Source: an uncultured Nitrospiraceae bacterium
GTDB taxonomy: Bacteria; Nitrospirota; Thermodesulfovibrionia; Thermodesulfovibrionales; Dissulfurispiraceae
Length of the DNA stretch: 64,000 nucleotides
Direction of reading: 5' to 3'
Assembly: GCA_963727805.1 (NCBI GenBank)
Contig: CAVSHF010000005.1
Location: 1,056,001 to 1,120,000 of the forward strand
Shown in pieces: positions 30,782 to 41,474 of the stretch (the first letter of the stretch is position 1; every line of letters begins with the position of its first letter). The position numbers and the translations under genes are program-made. Under the pieces are notes generated by a model. The model was not told the origin of the DNA. It saw only the letters and a list, made by a program, of their open reading frames with translations, and searched no databases.

Positions 30782-31897
30782 TTACATCGAAAAGATATCC
30801 TTTAATTTCCCCTTGAAGCCCTTCGTCGATTCATCGTGCATCTCACCGCTTATCATCGCAAACTCCTCGAGGAGCTCTTTCTGACGCGGGGTCAGCTTCT
30901 TCGGTACTTCGATTGACACTCTCACGACCTGGTCACCTCTTTGATGGCTGCCGATTCTCGGGATTCCCTTGCCCTTCAAATGGAAAAGCTTGCCAGAAGG
31001 GGTGGCAGCCGGGACCTTCAGTTTTGCGGTACCATCCAGAGTGGGCACCTCGACCTCTCCCCCCAGTACTGCAGTGGTAAAGGCGGTCGGGAAATCGCAG
31101 TAAATATTCATCCCCTCACGCTTGAAATATCGGTGTTCTTCGACAGTGAGCACAACATAAAGATCTCCTGGAGGACCGCCGAAACTGCCAAAATCGCCCT
31201 CGCCGCTGATTCTCAGGCGTGAATCGGTATCGACGCCCGCAGGAATCTTGACAAGAATATCCTTCTGTGCCCTAACCTTACCTTCGCCCCTACAGGTCGT
31301 GCAGGGATTGGTAATGATACTACCACTGCCATGGCATTTACTGCATGGCCGCGAAACGCTGAAAAAGCCCTGCTGAAAGCGGATATGCCCCGTGCCCTTA
31401 CAGGTCGCGCATGTCACCGGAGGCTTGCCCGGCTGGGCGCCGGAACCGCTGCACAAGTCGCAGGTCTGCCACCGTGGTATCTTTAGGCTCTTCTCGGTCC
31501 CAAAGGCGGCCTCTTCGAGGGTTATGGTAAGATTGTACCTAAGATCCGCACCCTTTGTCGGTCTTTGTTTCTTTGAACCGCTGGAGCCGCCAAAGAAGTC
31601 TTCGAAGAGATCCTCAAAGATGTCAGTAAAGGGCGTGCCCGCACCGAATCCGCCGAACCCTCCCGCGCCTGCCGTATTGTAACCCTCAGCGGTACCGTAC
31701 CGATCGTAATGTGCCCGCCTTTCGGCGTCACTCAGGCATGTGTATGCCTCATTGATCTCTTTGAATTTTTCTTCTGATTCTTTTTCGCCCTGATTCCTGT
31801 CCGGATGGAACTTGAGAGCGAGCTGCCGGTAAGCCTTTTTCAGCTCATCCGGCGTGGCATCACGGCTAACTCCGAGAATCTTATAATAATCGGGCAT
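30782..31897 (-). CDS. dnaJ: Chaperone DnaJ
   Basis: J domain with HPD, G/F region and four CxxCxGxG repeats. Confidence 0.98.
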   Translation of the reverse strand: MPDYYKILGVSRDATPDELKKAYRQLALKFHPDRNQGEKESEEKFKEINEAYTCLSDAERRAHYDRYGTAEGYNTAGAGGFGGFGAGTPFTDIFEDLFEDFFGGSSGSKKQRPTKGADLRYNLTITLEEAAFGTEKSLKIPRWQTCDLCSGSGAQPGKPPVTCATCKGTGHIRFQQGFFSVSRPCSKCHGSGSIITNPCTTCRGEGKVRAQKDILVKIPAGVDTDSRLRISGEGDFGSFGGPPGDLYVVLTVEEHRYFKREGMNIYCDFPTAFTTAVLGGEVEVPTLDGTAKLKVPAATPSGKLFHLKGKGIPRIGSHQRGDQVVRVSIEVPKKLTPRQKELLEEFAMISGEMHDESTKGFKGKLKDIFSM

Positions 31898-31960
31898 AGG
31901 TTAAATAAAACCTCACAAATTAAAGAGTAAAATACCTTGAATCACTATTTTACAATAATT

Positions 31961-32002
31961 AGCGCGGAAGGAGTATATATTTATTCCTTCCGCGCTTTTT
32001 TT
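31961..32002. terminator. Strong hairpin between dnaK and dnaJ
   Basis: AGCGCGGAAGGA...TCCTTCCGCGCT; T7 on the + strand and an AT-rich tail on the - strand. Confidence 0.7.
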
Positions 32003-32034
32003 CTGCAGGACGTATGTCGATAAGTCCTCGCGTC

Positions 32035-33951
32035 TTATTTTTTCTTGTCTACATCCTCAAACTCAGCCTCGACCACCTCTTCCTCACCCGATTTTGTCTT
32101 CGCGTCTCCTCCATCGGTTGTGCCGCCTGCTGCGCCCTGCTGCTGCGCATCTTTATAGACGTGCTCGGCCATTTTATGCGAGACCTTGGTTAACTCGTCG
32201 ATAGCAGCCTTGAGCTCTTCTGCTGACGTGCCGGTATCCTTCAATTTTTTGCACTTTTCGAGTGCGACCTCGATTTCTTTTTTCTCGTCTTCGGTAATTT
32301 TATCTCCATACTCCTTGAGCGATTTTTCAACAGAATAGATAAAAGTATCGGCATTATTCTTGGCCTCAACCAGTTCCTTTTTCTTTTTGTCCTCTTCGGC
32401 ATGTGCCTCGGCATCGCGCATCATCTTCTCTACTTCGTCCTTGCTGAGGCCGCTCGACGCGGTGATCCTTATGGACTGTTCCTTACCGGTTCCCTTGTCT
32501 TTTGCCGAGACATGGATGATGCCGTTTGCATCAATGTCGAAGGTGACCTCAATCTGCGGCAAGCCACGCGGGGCCGGTGGTATATCACTCAACTCGAACA
32601 CACCCAGAAGTTTGTTATCGGAAGCCATCTCCCTCTCCCCTTGGTGTATCTTGATGGTAACGGCAGGCTGGTTATCGGAGGCGGTGGAGAATACCTGAGA
32701 TTTCTTCGTCGGTATCGTAGTGTTCCGCTCGATGATCTTCGTAAAAATGCCGCCCAGGGTCTCAATGCCGAGTGAGAGTGGGGTGACGTCAAGGAGTAAA
32801 ACCTCCTTGACCTCTCCTTTGAGAACGGCTGCCTGAATAGCAGCTCCGACTGCAACAACTTCGTCCGGATTGACGCTCCTGTTTGGCTCTTTTCCAAAAT
32901 ATCCCTGTACGACCTGCTGGACCTTCGGGGACCGGGTCTGGCCTCCGACGAGTATTGCCTCATCTATCTGCGAAGTTGCAAGACCAGCGTCACCCAATGC
33001 CTTCTTGCAGGGCTCAATGGTATTCTGCACAAGGTCGTCGGTAAGTTGCTCGAACTTCGACTTCGAAAGCTTAATGAGAAGATGTTTCGGCCCCGTTGCA
33101 TCGGCAGTTACAAAGGGAAGGTTGATTTCGGTTTCCGTGGCAGTTGATAACTCTATCTTCGCCCTTTCAGCCGCTTCTTTCAGCCTTTGAAGAGCCATTT
33201 TATCCTGTTTGATGTCGATCCCCTGCTCCTTCTTAAACTCCTCGACTAGCCAGTCGATGATCCTGAGATCGAAGTCGTCTCCACCGAGATAGGTATCGCC
33301 ATTGGTGGATTTAACCTCTATGACGCCTTCACCGATCTCAAGGATCGATATGTCGAAAGTTCCTCCGCCAAGATCATAGATCGCAACCTTTTCTTCCTTC
33401 TTTTTATCAAGCCCGTAAGCGAGGGCTGCAGCCGTGGGCTCGTTGATGATCCTTAATACATTCAGGCCCGCAATCTTGCCGGCATCCTTGGTAGCCTGTC
33501 TCTGGCTGTCGTCGAAATAAGCGGGAACGGTGATGACCGCCTCGGTGACCGTTTCGCCGAGGTAATCCTCAGCAGACTGTTTCAGTTTCTGGAGAATCAT
33601 TGCCGATATTTCAGGCGGTGAGTATTTCTTGCCGCGAATCTCGACATGTGCATCTCCATTGGAGGCCTCGACAATCTTATACGGGAGCCTCTTCTTCGCA
33701 TGGTCTACCTGCGGCGTATTGAATTTCCTCCCCATAAGTCTCTTTATCGAAAAGATAGTATTTTCGGGGTTGGTGATCGACTGCCGTTTAGCGATCTGGC
33801 CCACAAGTCTCTCTCCCTTTTCGGAAAAGGCCACTACTGAAGGTGTTGTACGGTTTCCCTCCTGATTGGGGATAACGACCGGCTCTCCTCCCATCACGAC
33901 CGCGACAACCGAGTTCGTCGTGCCAAGATCTATTCCTATTGCTTTTCCCAT
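32035..33951 (-). CDS. dnaK: Chaperone DnaK
   Basis: [23 protein letters not shown] and NPDEVVA. Confidence 0.99.
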   Translation of the reverse strand: MGKAIGIDLGTTNSVVAVVMGGEPVVIPNQEGNRTTPSVVAFSEKGERLVGQIAKRQSITNPENTIFSIKRLMGRKFNTPQVDHAKKRLPYKIVEASNGDAHVEIRGKKYSPPEISAMILQKLKQSAEDYLGETVTEAVITVPAYFDDSQRQATKDAGKIAGLNVLRIINEPTAAALAYGLDKKKEEKVAIYDLGGGTFDISILEIGEGVIEVKSTNGDTYLGGDDFDLRIIDWLVEEFKKEQGIDIKQDKMALQRLKEAAERAKIELSTATETEINLPFVTADATGPKHLLIKLSKSKFEQLTDDLVQNTIEPCKKALGDAGLATSQIDEAILVGGQTRSPKVQQVVQGYFGKEPNRSVNPDEVVAVGAAIQAAVLKGEVKEVLLLDVTPLSLGIETLGGIFTKIIERNTTIPTKKSQVFSTASDNQPAVTIKIHQGEREMASDNKLLGVFELSDIPPAPRGLPQIEVTFDIDANGIIHVSAKDKGTGKEQSIRITASSGLSKDEVEKMMRDAEAHAEEDKKKKELVEAKNNADTFIYSVEKSLKEYGDKITEDEKKEIEVALEKCKKLKDTGTSAEELKAAIDELTKVSHKMAEHVYKDAQQQGAAGGTTDGGDAKTKSGEEEVVEAEFEDVDKKK

Positions 33952-33992
33952 GAAATCCTCCTTCTATCGCTGTGGTAATTGAATTTTCGCTG

Positions 33993-34532
33993 CTATAACT
34001 TCTTCGATACCGTAACAAGGGAGGGTCTTAATACCTTCTCCTTGTACTGATATCCCTTTCTCATCTCTTCGATCACGGTCTTGTCTGCCACTTCTTGTTT
34101 CTCTATTTGCGACATTGCGTGATGATACGCAGGATCAAAAGGCCGCCCCGCCGATTCGATAGCCTTGAGGCCGAATTTTTCGAGAGTCCTGTTTAATTCC
34201 CTGAGGGTATTTTCGACGCCCTGTTTGAGGGACTGTAGAGCATCCTGGCTGCCATCGGAAGTATGCTTCAGGGCCATTTCGAGATTGTCGATGACCGGAA
34301 GCAGCTCGTACAAAAGGTCTTCGTTACAGTAAGCAAAGAACTCCTCCTTTTCCTTCCGAACCCTCTTCTTGTAGTTCTCGAACTCGGCATAGAGCCTCAG
34401 GTATTTGTTGCTGCTCTCTTCCAGTTCGGTCTTCAGTTTGTCGATGTCCTGTATTTGCTCATCTGAACCCGTCCCGGTTCCTTCCTCTGTGGGATCTGCT
34501 GATTCCGGGAACTGGGTTTTTTCATCCGTCAT
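33993..34532 (-). CDS. grpE: Nucleotide exchange factor GrpE
   Basis: LRLYAEFENYKKR, FDP.YH.A and KGY....VLRPS.V. Confidence 0.97.
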   Translation of the reverse strand: MTDEKTQFPESADPTEEGTGTGSDEQIQDIDKLKTELEESSNKYLRLYAEFENYKKRVRKEKEEFFAYCNEDLLYELLPVIDNLEMALKHTSDGSQDALQSLKQGVENTLRELNRTLEKFGLKAIESAGRPFDPAYHHAMSQIEKQEVADKTVIEEMRKGYQYKEKVLRPSLVTVSKKL

Positions 34533-34591
34533 AACACCTCCACGTGATATTCAAAAAAGTCACTGCCTGCTTTTAAGATATAAATAAAATC

Positions 34592-35650
34592 TCAATCCTC
34601 AAAGGTCCTGCTCACACACCGTGCGATGGTATCGACCATAAAGATCGCCTTCGAATAATCCATGCGAGTCGGGCCTATAAGGGCGATAATGCCTATTGGT
34701 CTGTCGCCTTCTTTGTACATCGATGAGACAACGCTTAAGCCCTTAAGTTCATTGACAGGATTCTCATTGCCTATGGCAACCCTCACTCCCGCAGCATCGG
34801 ACAGCTCGGCCAATAGTTTAATGATAACGTGCTTTTCTTTGATCGCCTTCGAAAGCTCCTTGATCTTCGAGATGTCCGAAAAATCAGGTAAGTTCATCAC
34901 ATCGTAAAGTCCAGAAACGAAAATGTCATTTTCAGCAAAAGACATTGCCTGTTCATAGATCGAAATAGCCCTAGAAATAAGCTTGTCCCACTGGGCCTTC
35001 TCACGTCTCACTCTCTGCATAAGCATCCCATTGATCTCGTCCAGAGTGTGGCCCGTAAACTCTGCATTGAGGTACTCGGCGATTCGGTTCAGATCTTCCT
35101 GTCTAAGCATCGGGTCGGCCTGAAGCACCTTATTCTTGATGATCCCTTCGTCCGTAAGTAGAATCGCCACGATCTGGTCGCCTTTGAACTTGATCAGGTC
35201 AATACGATTGAAAGTAGTATTTTCAGCCTTCGGAGGTAAAAGGACGCCGACATAATTGGAAAGGGATGAAAGGGTGTTCGTCACCTCCGAGAACATTGCA
35301 GAGATATCGTTTTTAAACTCCTCCAGTCTTCTCGAAAAATGCTCTGCAAATTCCTTCGGAAGTTCTACAATATTCCCAGCTTTTTCATCTTCACCGAGAG
35401 AATCTACATAAAAGCGGTAGCCTTTATCGGTGGGGACCCTTCCGGACGATGTATGCGGTTGTCTCAAAAAGCCCATCTCCTCGAGGTCGGCCATGGTGTT
35501 GCGGATCGTCGCCGGCGAAAATCCGAAAGAATATTTGCGGGTCACAAAGCGGGAGCCGACGGGGTCAGGCCTGTCGATATAACTGCGTACGACGGCATTT
35601 AAGACCTGCCGGCTTCTCTCATCAAGTATGTCAAAAATATCCCTTATCAC
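34592..35650 (-). CDS. hrcA: Heat-inducible transcription repressor HrcA
   Basis: PVGS, SPATIRN.MADLE, QPHTSSGRVPTDKGYR.YVD and IGPTRMDY. Confidence 0.97.
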   Translation of the reverse strand: MIRDIFDILDERSRQVLNAVVRSYIDRPDPVGSRFVTRKYSFGFSPATIRNTMADLEEMGFLRQPHTSSGRVPTDKGYRFYVDSLGEDEKAGNIVELPKEFAEHFSRRLEEFKNDISAMFSEVTNTLSSLSNYVGVLLPPKAENTTFNRIDLIKFKGDQIVAILLTDEGIIKNKVLQADPMLRQEDLNRIAEYLNAEFTGHTLDEINGMLMQRVRREKAQWDKLISRAISIYEQAMSFAENDIFVSGLYDVMNLPDFSDISKIKELSKAIKEKHVIIKLLAELSDAAGVRVAIGNENPVNELKGLSVVSSMYKEGDRPIGIIALIGPTRMDYSKAIFMVDTIARCVSRTFED

Positions 35651-35654
35651 CGTT

Positions 35655-35681
35655 TTAGCACTCTCCTGCCCCGAGTGCTAA
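35655..35681. promoter_or_regulatory. CIRCE operator
   Basis: Perfect TTAGCACTC-N9-GAGTGCTAA immediately upstream of hrcA. Confidence 0.97.
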
Positions 35682-35683
35682 TA

Positions 35684-35712
35684 ATTTAACAGGAAGCGGG
35701 GGGTCGTGTCAA
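35684..35712 (-). promoter_or_regulatory. Sigma70 promoter of the hrcA-grpE-dnaK operon
   Basis: TTGACA-17-TAAATT directly upstream of CIRCE. Confidence 0.75.
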
Positions 35713-35716
35713 CATT

Positions 35717-36553
35717 CTACCACTGAAGCCCTTTGTGCATAAGCTTCTCGTACATCTTGGGGGGCATAAAGGCCTGCGTGTGTATCTCGTCGCTGTAATA
35801 CTTTGTTTCTATTGCGTATTTTCTTCTCATCGTCCTCAAGTTGAGCTTCTTTGACGCAGCTGAAAAGGTCCACCAGTTGCCCGCGTACGTGGACAAAGGC
35901 GCGGTATAAAGATCTACGATAGGGAAGATAAGTTTCAAGGCTTCCTGCACTTCGATGACCATATCCTTATGGAAGTGGAGTGACTCTGAGAGAGAAACAA
36001 ACATGCCATCACTGGTAAGCGAGTCCTTGACAGATTTAAAAAATTCGACAGTGAAGAGGCTCTTTGCAAACCCGATGATATCGGTCGAATCAACAATGAC
36101 TGCGTCGATGTCTCCTTCCCTGCCTTTGACGAATTCGGCGCCGTCCATACATTTTATTTCAACCCTCTTGTCGTCGACCCCGCAAGCCACTTCAGGAAAG
36201 TATTTCTTCGAGACATTGATGACCTCTTCGTCAATCTCGATGAAATAGATTTTTTCGATGCTTTTGTGTTTCAGGACCTCCCTCACAACACCCCCATCGC
36301 CTCCGCCAATGACAATCACCTTTTTGGGGTCGGGATGGGCGTGCAACAGCACATGCACCAGCATTTCATGATAGAAGAATTCATCCCGAGCTGTTATCTG
36401 CACTACTCCATCGAGGATGAGCATCCTGCCGAAGTGAGGGTTCTCGATGACCATGATCTCCTGAAACTGGCTCTTACTTTTGTGAAGAATATGCTCGACA
36501 TCATAGACGTATTGTATTGGCGCGTAGGGGTCTTTCTCGAAAAACTTGATCAT
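35717..36553 (-). CDS. speE: Polyamine aminopropyltransferase (spermidine synthase)
   Basis: LILDG..Q, YHEML.H, VIGGGDGG..RE and IVDSTD. Confidence 0.93.
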   Translation of the reverse strand: MIKFFEKDPYAPIQYVYDVEHILHKSKSQFQEIMVIENPHFGRMLILDGVVQITARDEFFYHEMLVHVLLHAHPDPKKVIVIGGGDGGVVREVLKHKSIEKIYFIEIDEEVINVSKKYFPEVACGVDDKRVEIKCMDGAEFVKGREGDIDAVIVDSTDIIGFAKSLFTVEFFKSVKDSLTSDGMFVSLSESLHFHKDMVIEVQEALKLIFPIVDLYTAPLSTYAGNWWTFSAASKKLNLRTMRRKYAIETKYYSDEIHTQAFMPPKMYEKLMHKGLQW

Positions 36554-36564
36554 ATCTCCTCCAA

Positions 36565-37698
36565 CTAAATTAATATCGTCTTCGGTATCGAAAAACCGTT
36601 AAATTCCGAGGCGTATGAAATTGTGTAGGCGCCGCTCGAAGGAATGAGTATACGGTTACCAACCTCGGGATCGGGAAGCTCGACATCACGGTCGATAACG
36701 TCGAAGCTATCGCAACTCGGTCCGACAACCGTCCACTTCTTGGACTCGTTACGGCTTCCGACGATGTAATGATATTTAATGCCGCCGACACTCTCCATCA
36801 ATCCGTTAAAAACACCCACGTCGATGTAGAGCCAATTTTCATCTCCCCGTGCCGCTTTACCAATTACTGTAGCGACAAAGACGCCGGCATCGCCGACTAC
36901 AGCCCTACCGGGCTCGATGAATATCTCGACATTGGCCGGAAATTTCTGCCTGAGGACCTTGTCAATTTTGCTCTCAATAGTCTCAATATCCACTACTTTT
37001 TTAGTATACCTGATCGGATAGCCACCACCGATATTAAGCACTGTAAGCTTCACGCCGCTGGCTTCAGCAAGATCCCAAAGCTCCCTCGCCTTTTCAATAG
37101 CGCTATTCCAGTTGTAGACGTTGTTGCACTGGGAGCCGACATGAAAGGTTATTCCTACAGGGTTCAAACCTTTTTTTTTCGCGAGTACCAGCAGCCTCAC
37201 AGCATCTTCGAGCTCTACACCGAACTTCTTGCTCAAGGGCCATTCGCTCCCATCATTCGGTACGGTCAGCCGCACATAGACATTGCTGCCCGGGGCGTAT
37301 TTCATGAGCTTTTCAACTTCGGCTTCGGAATCATAGGCGAAATACCTTATTCCGTAATCGACCGCCTCCTCAAGGAACCGGAAAGTCTTCATCGGATTGC
37401 TAGTGATGATCCGTTCGGGTTCAACACCAAGGGAGGCGAGCATCCTGAGTTCCCCTTCGGAGGCAATCTCAAAGCCGATGCCGAATGTGTTCAGAAGCCT
37501 CAGGACTTCAATGTCAGGATTGGCCTTGACTGCGTAGAAAACTCTGGCGTTCCTGATTTTCTTTCCGATAAGGGAAACCTTTTGCTTTATCAGCTCTTTA
37601 TCGATGAGTAGATAAGGCGGCTGCTCATCGCTCATGGCGATATAATTGATCACCTTATCCCAGGTACTTTTATTGATGAGGCCGGGCACTATTTCCAT
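36565..37698 (-). CDS. Fold-type III PLP-dependent ornithine/lysine decarboxylase
   Basis: FYAVKANP, FEIAS.GE, KFG, FHVGSQ, NIGGG, EPGR and GPSCDS.D. Confidence 0.9.
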   Translation of the reverse strand: MEIVPGLINKSTWDKVINYIAMSDEQPPYLLIDKELIKQKVSLIGKKIRNARVFYAVKANPDIEVLRLLNTFGIGFEIASEGELRMLASLGVEPERIITSNPMKTFRFLEEAVDYGIRYFAYDSEAEVEKLMKYAPGSNVYVRLTVPNDGSEWPLSKKFGVELEDAVRLLVLAKKKGLNPVGITFHVGSQCNNVYNWNSAIEKARELWDLAEASGVKLTVLNIGGGYPIRYTKKVVDIETIESKIDKVLRQKFPANVEIFIEPGRAVVGDAGVFVATVIGKAARGDENWLYIDVGVFNGLMESVGGIKYHYIVGSRNESKKWTVVGPSCDSFDVIDRDVELPDPEVGNRILIPSSGAYTISYASEFNGFSIPKTILI

Positions 37699-37912
37699 GC
37701 TTCACCCCGCTTGTTTGATAACGCACTCCATGCAAGAGGTAGGTGATATTATATATCAATCAGTGTGAATTATTAAAAGCGGGCCGCACGAAACAGATCC
37801 CAACAGGAGTCGAGACGGGATGAAAGGGCAATCAACGTATTGTTATGCGAATAGAAGCCTCTTCTAGAGAACTCTATAAACGACACAGCGGTAATGAAAA
37901 GGGCTGACCAAC

Positions 37913-38653
37913 CTATGTCTTAATGCAATGTAACAGATATTCGATGTTGCCTTTTTGCCCGGTAATGGGCGACGAGATGATGCCCGTGACTTGAAGGCCA
38001 AAGGCCGCAAATTCCTCTTTGATACGAGCAATAACTTCTATTCTTTTTGACTCTTCTTTCACAATACCACCCTTGCCGACTTCGCCTTTGCCCACCTCAA
38101 ACTGGGGCTTTATGAGGGCTACGATCTCTCCTTTTTCTTTCAGGAATTCAAGCACCTTCGGGACAACCTTGGTCAATGAAATGAATGAGACATCGATTGT
38201 TGCGATATCGATAACCTCGGGGATGCGATTGTTTTCGAGGTGACGAATATTAGTCCTTTCTAAGAGTACCACATTCGGGTCCTGCCTGAGTTTCCAGGCA
38301 AGCTGCCCGTAACCAACGTCGATACAATAGACGCGGCGCACGCCCTGCTGGAGCATCACATCGGTGAAGCCCCCGGTTGATGATCCCACGTCCATGGCTG
38401 TCTTGTCCCGGACTGATATTTGGAAATGTTTGAGCGCCGCTTCGAGCTTGAGACCTCCGCGGCTGACATAGGGATTATCTTCACCCTTGAGTTCAATCGA
38501 TGCGTCGGTGCCAAACAGCTCCCCAGCCTTGGTTGCCGGATGGCCGTTGACCACGACCTTGCCTTCCATTATCAATGCCTTGGCCCTGTCCCGGCTTGCA
38601 GCTAACCCCCTGTCATGAATCAGCTTGTCGAGTCTTTCTTTTATCTCAGCCAA
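37913..38653 (-). CDS. tlyA: TlyA family rRNA 2'-O-methyltransferase
   Basis: S4 domain, YVSRGGLKL, DVGSSTGGFTD, DVSFISL and LIKPQFE. Confidence 0.96.
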   Translation of the reverse strand: MAEIKERLDKLIHDRGLAASRDRAKALIMEGKVVVNGHPATKAGELFGTDASIELKGEDNPYVSRGGLKLEAALKHFQISVRDKTAMDVGSSTGGFTDVMLQQGVRRVYCIDVGYGQLAWKLRQDPNVVLLERTNIRHLENNRIPEVIDIATIDVSFISLTKVVPKVLEFLKEKGEIVALIKPQFEVGKGEVGKGGIVKEESKRIEVIARIKEEFAAFGLQVTGIISSPITGQKGNIEYLLHCIKT

Positions 38654-38658
38654 CTGCG

Positions 38659-40551
38659 TTATCGACCCCGCAAAAATTCAAGCGCTATCCTGTAAATGCC
38701 CTGATCATCGAGATTGTATTTCTCCCTGAGTATTCGCTGCGAACCATGCTCGACAAACTCATCGTCGATGCCTATCCTCTTAACGGCGACGTCGGTAATG
38801 CCCTCATTACTCAGACATTCGAGCACTGATGATCCAAATCCTCCAGCAAGGACATTCTCTTCCACGACAATCAGTTTCTTCGTCCGCTGCGAAAGAGAAG
38901 CTATCAGGTCTTTGTCGATGGGCTTGATAAAGCGTGCATTGACCACACACGCATGTATGCCATCCTTCTTCAGCATCTCTGCTGCCTTAAACGCTGGATA
39001 AACAGCTGCGCCAATCCCGACAATTGTGATGTCCTCCCCGTCCAGAAGGACCTCGGCCCTGCCGGGAACGATCTCCATGTCCCTGGAAAGTATCAGCCCG
39101 ATAGAGGACTTGCCGCGGGGATATCTGATGGCAGAAGGCCCTTCATGCTTAAGCGCGACCATAAGCATTGTGCGCAACTCCGATAGGTCAGCGGGAGCCA
39201 TGATCATGAGATTGGGGATGTTCCTCAAAAAGGATAGGTCGAAGAGACCCTGATGGGTCGGGCCGTCCTCACCGACTATCCCCGCCCGGTCGATCGCGAA
39301 GATAACGGGCAGATTCTGGATACAGACATCATGAATGATTTGGTCATAAGCACGCTGCAAAAAAGTGGAGTAGACAGCAATAACAGGCCTCAGTCCCTGG
39401 CTTGCCAAACCGGCCGCAAAGGTCACTGCATGAGGCTCTGCTATGCCGACGTCGTAAAATCTGTCGGGGAATTTTTCGGCAAAAGCCGTCAGTCCAGTTC
39501 CCTCCTTCATTGCCGCAGTGATCGCTATTATTCGCTCATCAACTGAAGCTGCCTCAACGAGTGCCCTGCCGAATGCCTCACTGTATGAGATGCATTCACA
39601 TCCCTGCGCTTCGGACGCTCCTTTAGTGCCGTTAATCTCCCCTGTCTCGATCTCGAAGGGACCGATCCCGTGGAAAATGCAGGGATCATCTTCTGAAAAT
39701 TTATATCCTTTCCCTTTTTTTGTTACAATATGGAGCAGGACTGGTTCAGTCGCCGTTCTTATACTCTCCAAGGTTGTAATAAGCAGCGACATATCGTGAC
39801 CGTCTATCGGGCCAAGGTAATTGAAGCCGAGATCCTGGAAAAGACCTCCGGGGAGGAAGAATCCCTTAAGGCTCCCTTCAGCCCTTCCGGCTATTTTTGC
39901 CACCGACTCACCGATCTTCGGGATGCCTTCCAGAAGCGCCCTCGTCTCCTGCCTGAATTTTTTGTAAAACGTACCGGTCAGGACCTTGTGCAGATACGTG
40001 GACATGGCGCCGACATTGGGAGATATCGACATCTCATTGTCGTTCAGGATGACGATTAAATCTTTCTTCATATGGCCGGCCTGGTTCAGGCCTTCAAAGG
40101 CGAGCCCTCCAGTGAGGGCGCCGTCTCCGATTACCGCGACGACCTTGAAATCATCTCCCCGTTTGTCCCTTGCTTCGAGTATGCCGAGGGCAGCTGAGAT
40201 CGATGTTGAACTGTGGCCTGTGCCGAAAGCATCGTGAGGGCTTTCGCTTCTTTTCGGAAATCCGGACAATCCTCCAAACTTTCTCAAGGTGGAGAAGAGC
40301 CCGTACCTGCCGGTGAGAAGTTTGTGAGTATAGGTCTGGTGCCCCACATCCCAGATGAATTTATCGCGGGGCGAGTTAAAGACATAATGCATTGCGATAG
40401 TAAGTTCGACAACGCCGAGGTTGGCGGCCAGATGACCGCCATTTTTCGAGACCCGCTCAATAATCAGACCGCGCAGTTCTTCGGCGAGAGTCTTGAGTTC
40501 CTCAATGGTGAGGCCTTTAATATCCTGGGGAGAGTTTATTTTTTCGATCAT
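38659..40551 (-). CDS. dxs: 1-deoxy-D-xylulose-5-phosphate synthase
   Basis: GGHL..NLG.VEL, WDVGHQ, GHSSTS, GDGALTGG and DRAG.VGEDGPTH. Confidence 0.98.
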   Translation of the reverse strand: MIEKINSPQDIKGLTIEELKTLAEELRGLIIERVSKNGGHLAANLGVVELTIAMHYVFNSPRDKFIWDVGHQTYTHKLLTGRYGLFSTLRKFGGLSGFPKRSESPHDAFGTGHSSTSISAALGILEARDKRGDDFKVVAVIGDGALTGGLAFEGLNQAGHMKKDLIVILNDNEMSISPNVGAMSTYLHKVLTGTFYKKFRQETRALLEGIPKIGESVAKIAGRAEGSLKGFFLPGGLFQDLGFNYLGPIDGHDMSLLITTLESIRTATEPVLLHIVTKKGKGYKFSEDDPCIFHGIGPFEIETGEINGTKGASEAQGCECISYSEAFGRALVEAASVDERIIAITAAMKEGTGLTAFAEKFPDRFYDVGIAEPHAVTFAAGLASQGLRPVIAVYSTFLQRAYDQIIHDVCIQNLPVIFAIDRAGIVGEDGPTHQGLFDLSFLRNIPNLMIMAPADLSELRTMLMVALKHEGPSAIRYPRGKSSIGLILSRDMEIVPGRAEVLLDGEDITIVGIGAAVYPAFKAAEMLKKDGIHACVVNARFIKPIDKDLIASLSQRTKKLIVVEENVLAGGFGSSVLECLSNEGITDVAVKRIGIDDEFVEHGSQRILREKYNLDDQGIYRIALEFLRGR

Positions 40552-41465
40552 CAACTCTTTCTTTCGTAAAGATACCGAGCGACGTCCCGCAGGGGATCCG
40601 CTTTCTCATCGAACACCGACAAGGCTCCGATAGCGCCATCTATCAATTGTTTAGCCTTTTTCCGTGACTCCTCAATACCGAAAAGACGCGGATAGGTCAT
40701 CTTGTCCTTTCTTTCATCAGACCCTTGCGGCTTGCCGATAACCTCGGTATCACCCTCAACATCGAGGATATCGTCGATCACCTGAAAGGCCAGACCTATG
40801 TCTTCGCCGTAACAGTCGAGCCTTTCGAGCAGTTCCTCACTGCATCCCGCAAGGACCCCTCCCATTCTTATAGAGACGGCGATAAGCGCCGCTGTCTTAT
40901 GCTCATGGATATAGGAAAGGGTCATGACATCCGGTTCAGCATTTTCCGACAACAGGTCCTGGGCCTGCCCACCAACCATACCCTTTGCCCCGGAGGCAAA
41001 AGCCACTTCATGGATCACCCTTAAGAGTTGCGTACATGCTTTGGAATCGAATCCCCCGTTGCCCCTCTTTTCGAGAGTGGCAAAAGGCTGTGAAAGAAGA
41101 TAAAACGCCTCTGTCAGGAGGGCATCTCCCGCAAGGATCGCCATTGCATCACCGAAGACCTTGTGATTAGTAGGTTTGCCGCGCCTCAGGTCGTCGTTGT
41201 CCATAGCTGGCAGGTCGTCGTGAATCAGGGAATAGGTATGGATAAGTTCAAGGGCTGCTGCCTGGGGCACGATATCATCCGCCCTGCCGCCGCATGCTTC
41301 ATATGAAGCAAGACATAAAACCGGCCGTATTCGTTTACCACCAGCAGACAGAGAATACACCATTGCATCGTGGAGCATCCGGGGAGGGAACGGCGAACTC
41401 AGATAGGATTCGAGAAACGCATCGATGAGGGCTTTTTTCTGTTTAAGATAACCCTTGATATCCAT
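40551..41465 (-). CDS. ispA: Farnesyl/geranyl diphosphate synthase
   Basis: GGKRIRP, SLIHDDLPAMDNDDLRRG and FQVIDDILD. Confidence 0.95.
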   Translation of the reverse strand: MDIKGYLKQKKALIDAFLESYLSSPFPPRMLHDAMVYSLSAGGKRIRPVLCLASYEACGGRADDIVPQAAALELIHTYSLIHDDLPAMDNDDLRRGKPTNHKVFGDAMAILAGDALLTEAFYLLSQPFATLEKRGNGGFDSKACTQLLRVIHEVAFASGAKGMVGGQAQDLLSENAEPDVMTLSYIHEHKTAALIAVSIRMGGVLAGCSEELLERLDCYGEDIGLAFQVIDDILDVEGDTEVIGKPQGSDERKDKMTYPRLFGIEESRKKAKQLIDGAIGALSVFDEKADPLRDVARYLYERKS

Positions 41466-41474
41466 CTAGCCCTT

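Noticed and set aside
36769..37611. Long antisense ORFs (e.g. 280 aa here, 215 aa at 28014-28661, 198 aa at 20611-21207)
   Set aside because: They lie fully opposite well-supported genes and have no motifs; they are shadow frames.
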